From Chloroflexota bacterium (lineage in GTDB: Bacteria > Chloroflexota > Dormibacteria > CF-121): a stretch of 52,200 nt of DNA. The stretch spans positions 16,885-69,084 of the forward strand of contig VBHO01000026.1 in NCBI GenBank assembly GCA_005882045.1, written 5' to 3'. The position numbers and the translations under genes are program-made. This document shows, piece by piece, positions 26,453-35,648 of the stretch (its first letter is position 1; the number at the start of each line of letters is the position of its first letter). The notes beneath the pieces are model-generated. The model had not been told where the DNA came from. It did no database searches and worked only from the letters and a program-made list of their open reading frames with translations.

Positions 26453-27412
26453 CTGAAGTACGCTGCGCCTCGATTTGCAACACATTCCGCTGTGCTGCTG
26501 ATGGCAGCTGCGATGCCTTGGGTCGTCTTCCATGTGCCGGTCGGCGCCTCCCCCGCGATGGCCGGCGCCAGCGTCCCCGGTGTTGCCCTGGCGCAAGCGC
26601 CCTTCGGCCGCGCGGTCGACGGCATCGGATGGTCCATGAGTGGCTCGCTGGTCGTTCCAGCGCTCCCGGCAACCCCTCCCGCGGAGAAGCACCGCGACAT
26701 CATCTATTACTCGGCGGTCGACGGCGACACGCTCCGGGCCCTGGCGTCGAAGTACGGCTTGTCGGTCAATACGCTCCTCTGGTCGAACCCCAAGCTGGTT
26801 GACCGATTGACGGCCGGCCAGGAGGTCATCATCCCGCCGGTGGACGGCGTCCTGGTCAAGGTCGCGGCCAACGACACGGTGACCTCCCTGGCGCAGAAGT
26901 ACCGCGCCGAGTCGGACGCGATCATCGAGTTCAACCTGCTGCGCCATCCCGAGACGTTGCCGCTGGGCGAGTACGTGATGGTGCCGTACGGTGTCGGCCC
27001 CGAACCGGCGTCCGTACCGCAGCCGACCGCCCAGACCATCAACGCGGGCAAGCGCTCCTGGTACGTCACGCCGATCTACTCCAACGGAGGGGCCAGCTAT
27101 CCCTTCGGCCAGTGCACCTGGTATGTCAACACCCGGCGGCCGGCGCCCTGGGGCGGCAACGCCTGGCAATGGTTTGGGCGTGCGCGCGCCTACGGACGGC
27201 CTGAAGGGCCCACCCCGCGAGTCGGCGCCATCATGGTGACCTGGGAGTCACCCTACTGGGGCCATGTCGCTTACGTCGAGCAGGTCTACGGCGACGGCAG
27301 CTGGCTGGTCTCGGAGATGAACTACGCGAGCCCGTCGGGCGGCGGCTGGGGACGGGTCAGCTACCGCCACGTCATCCCGGGCACCATTCCGCTGATCGGC
27401 TTCATCTACTAA
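26453..27412 (+). CDS. LysM + CHAP cell-wall hydrolase (start uncertain; CTG 26453 follows an AGGGGG RBS)
   Basis: Two LysM repeats ([29 protein letters not shown]); CHAP motifs [31 protein letters not shown]. Confidence 0.88.
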   Translation: MKYAAPRFATHSAVLLMAAAMPWVVFHVPVGASPAMAGASVPGVALAQAPFGRAVDGIGWSMSGSLVVPALPATPPAEKHRDIIYYSAVDGDTLRALASKYGLSVNTLLWSNPKLVDRLTAGQEVIIPPVDGVLVKVAANDTVTSLAQKYRAESDAIIEFNLLRHPETLPLGEYVMVPYGVGPEPASVPQPTAQTINAGKRSWYVTPIYSNGGASYPFGQCTWYVNTRRPAPWGGNAWQWFGRARAYGRPEGPTPRVGAIMVTWESPYWGHVAYVEQVYGDGSWLVSEMNYASPSGGGWGRVSYRHVIPGTIPLIGFIY

Positions 27413-28703
27413 ACCTCGGCAAGCTCTTCGATCACCCGTCCAACCGCCAGCAGGCGGGCTTCGTCCATCGATTGCCCCACAACCTGGAGGCCGACGGGAA
27501 GGCCGCCCGCGCGGCCGAAGGGCACCGATAACGCCGGCAGTCCGGTCAGGTTGAAGGGCGCGGTCAGCCGCACCAGGGCGCCATCGACCGGCTCCTCGCC
27601 GGAGCGCCAGCGCGCTGTGCGATCACCGATGACGGGCGCGGTGATCGGCGTCGTGGGCAGGAGCAAGACGTCGACGTCCTGGAAGACTCGCTCCAGGGCC
27701 GCCCGAAGCCGGCCTCGCACGCGCTGCGCCAACACGTAGTCGGCGCCGGCGACCAGGGCGCCAAGCTGCAAACGGATCCGAACATCGGCGCCGTAGGCGC
27801 GCGGCCGGGTCCGGATCCAGCGGCTGTGGACGGCGCTGGCCTCGGCGCGAAGCGTCACCAGCTGGGTCGCGACCGTCCACTCCATCTCCGGAACCGTCAC
27901 CGAGCGAACCCGCAGCCCCCGGCGCCGCAACCCGGCGGCCGCGGCGTCAACCTGGTGCGATACGCGCGGCTGCACCTTCTCGACAATCGGTCCTTGCAAG
28001 ACGCCCACCCGCAGGCCGCGGGTGGCTGCTCGCCGTGCCGCCCGTCCAGCCTCCACGCCGGTCAGCACATCCAGCAAGAGACCCGCGTCGGCGACGGTCC
28101 TCGCGAGCGGACCGGCGTGGTCGAGCGACCACCCGAGCGGGATGGTCCCGTCCAGGGGAATCGCACCGAACGTGGGTTTCAGCCCGACGCAACCGCAGAG
28201 CGAGGCCGGGACCCGGATCGAACCACCGGTGTCCGATCCGAGGGCGCCGGCACAGAGCCCGGCCACCACGGCGATCGCCGAACCCCCGCTCGACCCCCCC
28301 GGGCTGCGGGTGGGGTCGTGTGGGTTGCGGGCCACGCCCCACCACGGGTTGGCGGTGCTGACGCCATACGCAAACTCGTGAAGGTTGGTCTGGCGGGAAC
28401 CCAGTCCCGCAGGATGCGCGACCCGGCGGTCGTCCTGATGCCCCGCGTCGCAAACAGGTCTTTGACCGCGATGGGCACGCCGAGGAGGGCGCCGGCCTCA
28501 CCTCGTGCCAGCCGCCGTTCCGCCCGCCGCGCCTCCCGCCGAGCTCGCTCTCCGGGAAGGGTGATAAAGGCGCGCAAGCCGCTCGCCTGTTCGATCCGGC
28601 GGCTGTAGGCGTCGACCAGATCCAAAGGCGACACCTGGCGCCGGCGGAGCGAGCGGGCGATCTCGACCAGCGGCGCCGTGGTCAGCGCCTCAACTGGCGT
28701 CAT
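27409..28703 (-). pseudogene. Amidase-signature (GatA/AtzE-like) enzyme, frameshifted by a short deletion near 28392
   Basis: N-part ..[25 protein letters not shown] joins out of frame to (K)[28 protein letters not shown]; the usual ~20 intervening residues are missing. Confidence 0.85.
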
Positions 28704-28851
28704 CCCAATCCTCAGGCGGCATCGCCGCTCTCAGTTGTTCGACCAGTCCCAGGTACCGCTTCCAGGCCGGCAGCAGGTCGGTCACGTCCCGGGCGGTCAG
28801 GCGAAGCCCGGCGGCTCGAGCGGCGGCCGCCAGCCGTTCCCTCTCTGTCAC
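28690..28851 (-). CDS. Small amidase partner peptide (GatC/AtzG-like, 53 aa), not in the ORF track
   Basis: GTG 28851, 6 nt after CATACT; MTERERLAAAARAAGLRLTARDVTDLLPAWKRYLGLVEQLRAAMPPEDWDDAS; overlaps the amidase start. Confidence 0.6.
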   Translation of the reverse strand: MTERERLAAAARAAGLRLTARDVTDLLPAWKRYLGLVEQLRAAMPPEDWDDAS

Positions 28852-28921
28852 CGGCACAGTATGCAATCCGTGGTGGTTCGCCGGTGATCGACTCCATCAT
28901 TACTTGCGAGTGCGAAAAAGT

Positions 28922-28951
28922 TTGACAAGAGTGATTCCCCCGCCCTAAGCT
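28922..28951 (+). promoter_or_regulatory. Sigma70-type promoter for the 29041 gene
   Basis: TTGACA-N18-TAAGCT. Confidence 0.55.
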
Positions 28952-29040
28952 GGCCACTGCCGCTTACCGGCTCTTGGGGAGGCGCAGGGTGGCGGTGGCG
29001 ATGCCGTTCATCCAACTTTATTGCTGAGGAGCCCGAAACA

Positions 29041-30462
29041 ATGCTGCTTGTGGAAGTCCGCCGCCTCGACGTCGCCCCCAACACCGACCAGTTCTGGACC
29101 CTCGTTTCTCGCATCAACGGCCCTGAGTTCATGGGCGTTCTCTACCGGGCGCGCGAAGCCATCTTCGACAGCGCCGGGATCAGCTTCACACTCGACTTGC
29201 TGAACAAGTTCCTCCAGTTCGACGTGACCAAGAGTTGGTCGGCGTCCGACGAGGGAGAGCTCTTCATGGGATCGGCGCCGGTGGTCGGCTGGCTGCGGGT
29301 CCGGCGCCCCGGATCCGCCACCTTGCGCGAGCTACGGTCGGACGACGTCCATTTCATGGAGCTCGAGCATGCCGCGAAGCCGGCGTTCATCGAAGTCGGC
29401 ATGGCCTACCGTGCCGGTACCGAGAAAATCCGCACCGACTTCCTGAAGCGCGTGCGCACCGCCACGCAGGAGGCCCTTGGCCAGGAGGTTGGCACCCCGT
29501 CATCATGGCCGGTGCTGGCCCCGGTGGGCAGCCACAACTTCGATGCCATCCGTAAGTCCCGTCAATCGATCAACGAGGCGACGGCGGAAGAGAACCAGGC
29601 CATGGCCGCCTTCACCACCCCTGAGATCCGGGCGCTCATCCGCGATCTCGAGCGCGTTGGATCACTGACCGTCTCGGACCTGCCGAAAGTGCTCGGCGAG
29701 GCCCAGGGAACGGCGGTCGCCGGGCGGCTCGGCGAGCTCCGGCAACTTGGCCTGATCCAGTCGGAGTACGTAATCGTGTGCTCGCGCACCGGCAACGCTG
29801 TGCTGCGCACCGACGACCCCAACAAGCTGCAGAAGATGGCGCCGGACTGGATGAAATGCGCCTGCGGCCGGCCGCTCAACGAGGAGCGGGTCGACCAGGT
29901 GATCATGCCGACCGAGCGTGCCACCGCCCTCAACGACAAGGGTCGCTGGATGACGACGCTCGCGACCGCCATCCTCCCCAAGCTGGGCATCAGCCGCGAG
30001 CAGGTCATCATCGAGGCCGGCCCGCAGGGCACCGATATCGTGCTCGACCTCAGCGGCGACCTCGTGCTGGTCCAGCTCAAGGATCGCGAGTTCAACCTGG
30101 CGGACGCCTACGCGTTCAATGCCAAGATTTCGCGCATCAAGGCGGCCGAAGGCGTGATCGTCAGCAATGAAGGTCTGTCGGGCGATGCCAAGAAGCTCGT
30201 TCAGGAGGAGCTCGGTCCGCAACGGGCACGGATCACGGATCCCTTCCGCATCTCGTTCGTGGAAGGTGTCCAGGGTCTCGAGCACGAGCTCGGCCGCGTC
30301 GTTGAGCGCCGTCGCCGCCAGTACTTCCTGCGGGCGCTCGGCGACCTGGCGACGATTCAGGGGCTCAACATTGGTCAGCTGGCGCTGGCGAAGGTCGAGG
30401 CCGGTGGCCGCGCCGGCAAGGAGCTCGCCGTTACGCCGGAGGCTGTCCCTGCCGAAGCCTAG
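29041..30462 (+). CDS. Hypothetical protein: winged-helix-like region, Zn ribbon and C-terminal restriction-endonuclease-like domain
   Basis: LGELRQLGLI; CSRTG..CACG; TDIVLDLSGDLVLVQLKDREF followed by GVIVSNEGLSGDAK; RBS GAGGAG. Confidence 0.7.
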   Translation: MLLVEVRRLDVAPNTDQFWTLVSRINGPEFMGVLYRAREAIFDSAGISFTLDLLNKFLQFDVTKSWSASDEGELFMGSAPVVGWLRVRRPGSATLRELRSDDVHFMELEHAAKPAFIEVGMAYRAGTEKIRTDFLKRVRTATQEALGQEVGTPSSWPVLAPVGSHNFDAIRKSRQSINEATAEENQAMAAFTTPEIRALIRDLERVGSLTVSDLPKVLGEAQGTAVAGRLGELRQLGLIQSEYVIVCSRTGNAVLRTDDPNKLQKMAPDWMKCACGRPLNEERVDQVIMPTERATALNDKGRWMTTLATAILPKLGISREQVIIEAGPQGTDIVLDLSGDLVLVQLKDREFNLADAYAFNAKISRIKAAEGVIVSNEGLSGDAKKLVQEELGPQRARITDPFRISFVEGVQGLEHELGRVVERRRRQYFLRALGDLATIQGLNIGQLALAKVEAGGRAGKELAVTPEAVPAEA

Positions 30463-30522
30463 GTAACGCCGACTTTGGGTTCGCATGGGGAAAACTGAAA
30501 CGCGCGCGCGTACTGTTAGAAC

Positions 30523-30714
30523 ATGCGAACCCTCAGTCTCGTTGTAGGCGGAATAGCCATCCTGGCCGGCGTCGTCTGGATCCTGCAAGGCTCGGGTGTG
30601 CTGCCAGGCAGTTTCATGACCGGCCAACGGATGTGGCTCATCATCGGCATCGTCGTCGCCATTATTGGATTGGCGCTGGCTTACAACGGGATGCGCCGAC
30701 CCGCCAGCCGCTAA
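30523..30714 (+). CDS. Small two-TM membrane protein
   Basis: GVVWILQGSGVLPGSFMTGQRMW flanked by hydrophobic helices; TACTGT 6 nt before ATG. Confidence 0.8.
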   Translation: MRTLSLVVGGIAILAGVVWILQGSGVLPGSFMTGQRMWLIIGIVVAIIGLALAYNGMRRPASR

Positions 30715-30718
30715 CCGC

Positions 30719-32143
30719 TTGGTCCGTCACCGCCCACTGATCACCGGCCTCGGGGCCGGGGTACTGGCCCTGGGGGCCGACTACCTGGCCCACGCGCTCT
30801 TCGCCGTGCCGTTGCTCCCGGAGCAGGCGGGCTTCTTGCTCCTCAAGGTGTTGCCCCTGTCCACCTTCGAGAACCTGCTCAAGTTCCTGGGCGTGCTCGC
30901 CCGGCCGCTGCTGCTCCTGGCGGTCACGGTCGTCATCATTGCGCTCTACGGCGCGGCGGCGCTGGTCAGTGCCCGGCTGTTTGCGCGCGTCTACGTGGCG
31001 GTCGTCACCGCGCTGGCGGCGGTGGTCGGCGCCACCGTTGCCTTCATGGCCTTCTCGCCCGGCGATGCGGCGATCGGCGTCGTGGTCGAGGTCCTGCTGC
31101 TCGCGGCGACCATCCCGCTGGTCGATCGCGTCATCGACGGGCTCGCGTCGGCGAGCACTGCGAATGAGGACCGCCGCATCCTGCTGCGCAACCTCTTTTA
31201 TGGCGCGGTCGGGATCGCCGTGCTCGGCATCGGCTACGCCAACGTGCGACGGTTCACGACGGCGCTGGCGATGCGCGAGGGGAGCCGAGCCGCGAGTGAA
31301 GTGACCGACGTCAACGACTTCTACGTGGTCTCCAAGAATCTTGGCGGCGACCCGGTGGTCGATGCCTCGACCTGGCGGCTCAACCTCCCAACGCGATCGC
31401 TCACCTATGAGGAGCTGCTGGCGATGCCCGCGCAACAGCAGGAACTCACGCTGGAATGTATCAGCAACGATGTGGGCGGCACGCTGATCAGCAATGGGAT
31501 GTGGAAAGGGCCCCGGGTCACCGACGTGCTCGCGCTGACCACCGTGCCCTCGGACGCGGTCTGGATCCTGATGGAAAGTGCCGACGGCTACACCGAGAGC
31601 TTTCGGCTGCGCGAGCTGACGCCCGACCACATCCTCGCGACCCATCTCAATGGAGCGCCGCTGACCCCGCAGCACGGCTTTCCGGCCCGTTTCCTTTTTC
31701 CGGGCCATTACGGGATGAAGCAGCCCAAGTGGGTGACGCGGATCCGCTTTTCCGCCAGCGACCAGCCGGGGTACTGGGAGAACAACGGCTGGGACGAGCG
31801 CGCGATTATCAAAACGATGTCGCGCATCGACCGGCCCGCCGATGGCGCCGCGCTGGCCGCGGGGTCGATCCAGTTTGGTGGCATCGCGTTCGCCGGCTCC
31901 CGCCGGATCAGTGCCGTTGAGCTGAGCTGGGACGGCCGCACCTGGCAGGCAGCGGATCTGCACGCCGAGTTCGCTCCCAACGCCTGGCGCTTCTGGCAGC
32001 TGACCGCCAACCTGCCGGCGGGACATTACAAGGTCACCGTCCGAGCGCGCGATGGCGAGGGAACATTACAAACGTCGAAGGTCACGGGCACCCTTCCCAA
32101 CGGCGCCGACGGCTACCACAGCGTCACACTCGATCTCGCGTAG
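30719..32143 (+). CDS. Membrane-bound sulfite-oxidase-family molybdopterin oxidoreductase
   Basis: N-terminal TM helices; FYVVSK, TLECISN (Mo-ligand Cys), NGMWKG, HGFPARFLFPGHYGMKQPKW, GYWENNGW, C-terminal Ig-like dimerisation domain. Confidence 0.9.
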   Translation: MVRHRPLITGLGAGVLALGADYLAHALFAVPLLPEQAGFLLLKVLPLSTFENLLKFLGVLARPLLLLAVTVVIIALYGAAALVSARLFARVYVAVVTALAAVVGATVAFMAFSPGDAAIGVVVEVLLLAATIPLVDRVIDGLASASTANEDRRILLRNLFYGAVGIAVLGIGYANVRRFTTALAMREGSRAASEVTDVNDFYVVSKNLGGDPVVDASTWRLNLPTRSLTYEELLAMPAQQQELTLECISNDVGGTLISNGMWKGPRVTDVLALTTVPSDAVWILMESADGYTESFRLRELTPDHILATHLNGAPLTPQHGFPARFLFPGHYGMKQPKWVTRIRFSASDQPGYWENNGWDERAIIKTMSRIDRPADGAALAAGSIQFGGIAFAGSRRISAVELSWDGRTWQAADLHAEFAPNAWRFWQLTANLPAGHYKVTVRARDGEGTLQTSKVTGTLPNGADGYHSVTLDLA

Positions 32144-32147
32144 CGAA

Positions 32148-32175
32148 TCTCAGCCGCTTCTCAGGGCGACTTCAG
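32148..32175 (+). promoter_or_regulatory. Direct repeats with 11-bp period; probable OmpR/PhoB-family response regulator site
   Basis: TCTCAG-N5-TCTCAG-N5-CTTCAG upstream of the apbE operon. Confidence 0.6.
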
Positions 32176-32262
32176 CCAGATTCGCAAGGAGCCTTTTACC
32201 GTAAGGTTCGAAGGCGCCAGAAAGGCATGAATCGCCACGTTGTATCGGGCAGGGAGAGGAAG

Positions 32263-32436
32263 ATGTCCTCGATCACGACGCTGAGGTGGGCGTCGACGTT
32301 AGGCACGCTGCTGCTGGCGTTGCTGGCTGGCGGCGTGGTCGCCACTTCCCCCAAACCCTCCCAGGCACCGCTGCACCCTTCGGTCACGCTGCTTCCGAGC
32401 GATGCCACGGTCCAGAGCAAGAGCTATGTCTCGTGA
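32263..32436 (+). CDS. Small exported/membrane-anchored peptide (57 aa)
   Basis: RBS GAGAGG, hydrophobic segment TLGTLLLALLAGGVVA, Pro/Ser-rich tail; overlaps the apbE start. Confidence 0.6.
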   Translation: MSSITTLRWASTLGTLLLALLAGGVVATSPKPSQAPLHPSVTLLPSDATVQSKSYVS

Positions 32437-33292
32437 ACTCGCGTCCCGACACTTCAGTGCGCTGGGCTCGACCTGCGAGCTGCTGACCCTTGGGGTAGGC
32501 CAAGCGGCGCTCGAGCGTTGCGAGCAGCGGGTGCGTGAGGAAGAAGCTCGCTTCACGCGGTTCGTCACGGACAGCGAGCTCGCCCGACTGAACGCCGGCG
32601 ACGGCCGCTATGTTCCCGTGAGCCCGGAGATGTTTGCCATGCTCGAGGCGGCACTCTGGGCGTATCAAGAGAGTGGGGCATTGGTCAACGCCGCCATCCT
32701 TCCCGCGCTGACGGCGGCCGGCTACGACCGCCCTTTCCGTCAGGGCCTAACGCATCCCGGATCAACCGAGCCCATGCAGGTTCCAGGCCTGCCAGAAGTC
32801 CTGATTCTCGACGCGGCCACCCGCTCGGTCGCGTTGGCCCCGGGAGCGGCACTCGACCTGGGTGGGATCGCCAAGGGGGCGCTCGCTGACCTCCTCATCG
32901 ATGAGCTTGGTGACGATGCGGTCTGCAACCTCGGCGGCGACGTCCGCGTGCGCGGCAACGGGCCCGAGGGCGACGGCTGGCACATCGGGCTCTGCGATCG
33001 CTCGGCCGTGGCGGTGCGAGATGGCGCCGTCTGCACCAGCGGCACCACCCGGCGTCGCTGGGGTCAGTCGATGCATCACCTGATCGATCCCAAGACGGGC
33101 ATGCCGGTCAAGACCGATCTGGCCGAGGTCTCCGTGATCACCGACTGCGCCTTGCGCGGCGAGGTCTACGCAAAATGCGCAATGTTGCTAGGCGCGTCCG
33201 CCGGTCTCGCCTTTCTCGAGTCGCGCGGCGTTCGCCACGCGGTCATGCCGGCGGCCGGTAACGGCGACGGTCTCCTTCCGGCTGCTGCGTGA
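32426..33292 (+). CDS. apbE: FAD:protein FMN transferase (ApbE family), no signal peptide
   Basis: FSALGST, FTRF..DSELARLN, LDLGGIAKG, NLGGD, VCTSG, HHLIDPKTG. Confidence 0.9.
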   Translation: MSRELASRHFSALGSTCELLTLGVGQAALERCEQRVREEEARFTRFVTDSELARLNAGDGRYVPVSPEMFAMLEAALWAYQESGALVNAAILPALTAAGYDRPFRQGLTHPGSTEPMQVPGLPEVLILDAATRSVALAPGAALDLGGIAKGALADLLIDELGDDAVCNLGGDVRVRGNGPEGDGWHIGLCDRSAVAVRDGAVCTSGTTRRRWGQSMHHLIDPKTGMPVKTDLAEVSVITDCALRGEVYAKCAMLLGASAGLAFLESRGVRHAVMPAAGNGDGLLPAAA

Positions 33293-33834
33293 GCCTCGAC
33301 CAGCTGCTCTGGCTGACGTCACGCGCGTCGGCGCTTACCGCCTTCTTTATTTTGGCGGCGACGCTCGTTACCGGCCAGGCGTTGCGCAGCGCCATGTTCG
33401 AAGGCGCCGTGCGCAATCGGGACCTGTCGAACCTGCACCGCTTCCTGACTGTCTGCTGGGTGCCCTTCGTGGCGCTGCATGTGCTGGCGATGATGCTCGA
33501 TGCGGTGGCGCGAATCGGCCCGCTCGACCTCGTGATTCCCTTTCGGGTCTCCTACGCGGCGCTGCCGATCGGGCTGGGAACGATCGGCTTCGACCTCCTT
33601 CTGATCGTCACCGTCACCGGCTACCTGCGAGGTCACCTCGACCCGGCCGCGTGGCGATGGCTGCACCGGCTGTCATATGTGATGTTCGGGGTCTTTCTCT
33701 TGCACGCCTTGCTGGCGGGCACCGACTTCGCCCGGCCCGTCGTGCTCGCTCCGGCAGCCGCCGTGGTGGCCTTCATCGCGATCACGAGCCTGGCTCGCCT
33801 GATCTTCGGACGCCTGAAGGCAACCTCCGGTTAG
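33289..33834 (+). CDS. Ferric-reductase-like / MsrQ-like transmembrane cytochrome b
   Basis: LWLTSRASA, LHRFL, LHV, WRWLHRLSY, LLHALLAGTD (four His heme ligands). Confidence 0.85.
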   Translation: MSLDQLLWLTSRASALTAFFILAATLVTGQALRSAMFEGAVRNRDLSNLHRFLTVCWVPFVALHVLAMMLDAVARIGPLDLVIPFRVSYAALPIGLGTIGFDLLLIVTVTGYLRGHLDPAAWRWLHRLSYVMFGVFLLHALLAGTDFARPVVLAPAAAVVAFIAITSLARLIFGRLKATSG

Positions 33835-33850
33835 ACTCGCGCTCACAAGC

Positions 33851-34624
33851 GTGGTTCCATGGCGTCGGGCGATCACCTTCGTGCGTGCGGTCGACGAGCG
33901 TGCCGCCGAGCAGGTCGTTCCCTTTCGCTGGGGCCGCGCCCTGATCCACCGGCGCCTCGAGCTGGTGCATGATCTCAACTACTTGATCGTGGACCGCGTC
34001 GATGGCGCCGACGTCGGGGCGCTCACCGCCGAAGCCAATCGGATCCAGGGCGAGGCCGGCATTGCGCACCGTCGCGTCAACGTCGACGACCAGGCCGCCG
34101 CGGACCGCCTCATGCCTTCGTTTGCGGCGGCCGGCTACCAAGCGGAGCGTTTCGTCGTGATGGTGCATCGTCGGTCTCCCGGTCGGCAGGTCGACACCAG
34201 CGGTGTGCGGGAAATCGACTGGACGCAGTTGCGCCCAGCCCGTGAGCTCGAGTTACGGCAGCAGCCCTGGGCCGTGGCGGCGGCGCCAGGTCTGGTTACA
34301 CAGATCCTCGCCAAGCACGAGCTCACCGCGAGCCGCATTCACACGCGCTACTTCGGGGCGACAGTCGACGGCGGCATCGTCTCGTCCTGCGAGCTTCGTA
34401 CCGAGGGCGGCGTCGCACAGATCGAGACGGTGGAAACGCTCGAAGCCTACCGCCGGCGCGGGCTCTCGCGCGCGGTCGTCAGCGCGGCACTCGAGGCCGC
34501 CAGCGGGTACGGCTTTGTCTTCCTCGTCGCCGACGCCAACGACTGGCCCCAGGAGTTCTATCGGCGGCTTGGCTTCGACGAGGTCGGCATCGAGTCGCGA
34601 TTCTTGCACCTGCCCGATGGCTGA
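33851..34624 (+). CDS. GNAT-family acetyltransferase
   Basis: VETLEAYRRRGLSRAVV motif A; FYRRLGF. Confidence 0.85.
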   Translation: MVPWRRAITFVRAVDERAAEQVVPFRWGRALIHRRLELVHDLNYLIVDRVDGADVGALTAEANRIQGEAGIAHRRVNVDDQAAADRLMPSFAAAGYQAERFVVMVHRRSPGRQVDTSGVREIDWTQLRPARELELRQQPWAVAAAPGLVTQILAKHELTASRIHTRYFGATVDGGIVSSCELRTEGGVAQIETVETLEAYRRRGLSRAVVSAALEAASGYGFVFLVADANDWPQEFYRRLGFDEVGIESRFLHLPDG

Positions 34625-35255
34625 CGATCCTTCACTCAGCGCGGGCTGGGAAGCAGCGGCGCACGACTGGGCGAAATGGGCGCGCGCGCCCGGGAATGAC
34701 AGCTACTGGCGGTTTCACAGGGAGCCGTTCTTCTCGCTGTTGCCCCGACCCGGGCGGTTAACCATAGATATCGGCTGCGGCGAAGGCCGCGTTGCCCGCG
34801 ACCTCAAGGCGCTCGGGCATAACGTGGTGGCGGTCGATGTCTCACCGACCATGGTCGAGTACGCGAAAGCCGCCGACCCCTCGATGAAGGTGCTGGTTGC
34901 CGATGCGGCCCGGCTGCCGTTCGACGACAGTGCCGCCGACCTGGCGGTTGCCTTCATGTCGCTTCACGACGTCGAGGACATGCCTGGGGCCATCCGCGAG
35001 GCGGGCCGCGTGGACACCTCGTATCTCGAGTCCCATCGGTACCACGATTCGATCGAGCGGGCGGGTTTACGGATGACCTTCAACAGCCGCCATTGGCCGC
35101 TGGAGGCGTATTTTCGGGCCCTTTAGAGCAGCGGCTTCGTGGTCGAGGCGCTGACCGAACCAACTGTCGACGAGGGATCGATTGCCGAGCGCGCAGACCG
35201 CGCCCGCTGGCGGCGGCTCCCGCTCTTTCTCGATGTCCCAGCCCGCAAACGTTAG
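34617..35255 (+). pseudogene. Class I SAM methyltransferase with an internal deletion (~35012) and an in-frame TAG (35124-35126)
   Basis: IDIGCGEGR, VAVDVS, DAARLPF, AIREAGRV|DTSYL (LxPGG segment missing); the frame continues past TAG as SSGFVVEALTEP..RWRRLPLFL to TAG 35255. Confidence 0.75.
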
Positions 35256-35312
35256 GCTGAAGGCGCGTCGGCGATTGCTTTCGGCAGCGAGGCCAATCCC
35301 AGGAGGACTGCG

Positions 35313-35648
35313 ATGCGTGTCATGGAGGTCGTCAACGAGGCAAAGGGTGCGATGCGGGCGAGCGAAGTCTTCGGCACGCCCTATGAGAGGAACGGCATTA
35401 CCATCATTCCCGCCGCGAGAATCGCGGGCGGCGCGGGTGGGGGTGGGGACCAGCAGAATCCGCAGGCGGGCGGGGTGGGATTTGGCGTGTCCTCGCGACC
35501 GGTCGGCGCCTTCGTGATCAAGGGTGGGGACGTCAGGTGGCAGCCGGCCCTCGACCTGAATCGGGTCATCCTGATGGGCCAAGTGGTCGCGATCGTCGCG
35601 CTGCTGACCGCTCGGGCAATCGTGAAGGCGTCGACGAAGCGCCGCTGA
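35313..35648 (+). CDS. YtfJ/GerW-family protein
   Basis: VFGTPYERNGITIIPAARIAGGAGGG..GFG..RPVGAFVI..VRWQP; RBS AGGAGG. Confidence 0.85.
   Translation: MRVMEVVNEAKGAMRASEVFGTPYERNGITIIPAARIAGGAGGGGDQQNPQAGGVGFGVSSRPVGAFVIKGGDVRWQPALDLNRVILMGQVVAIVALLTARAIVKASTKRR

Noticed and set aside
26240-27169. Apparent N-terminal extension making the PaaI-hydrolase 784 aa
   Set aside because: Mostly antisense to the LysM-CHAP gene; a TACAAT -10 box lies just upstream of the 26245/26239 starts.
28953-28999. 11-bp stem in the leader of the 29041 gene as a structured RNA
   Set aside because: The 5' arm starts 2 nt after the predicted -10 box, so part of it would not be transcribed; GC-rich pairing can arise by chance; no family match recognised.
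35124-35126. Pyrrolysine recoding of the in-frame TAG
   Set aside because: No pyl genes in the window, non-catalytic position, a single GAG>TAG change explains it, and the gene carries another lesion.
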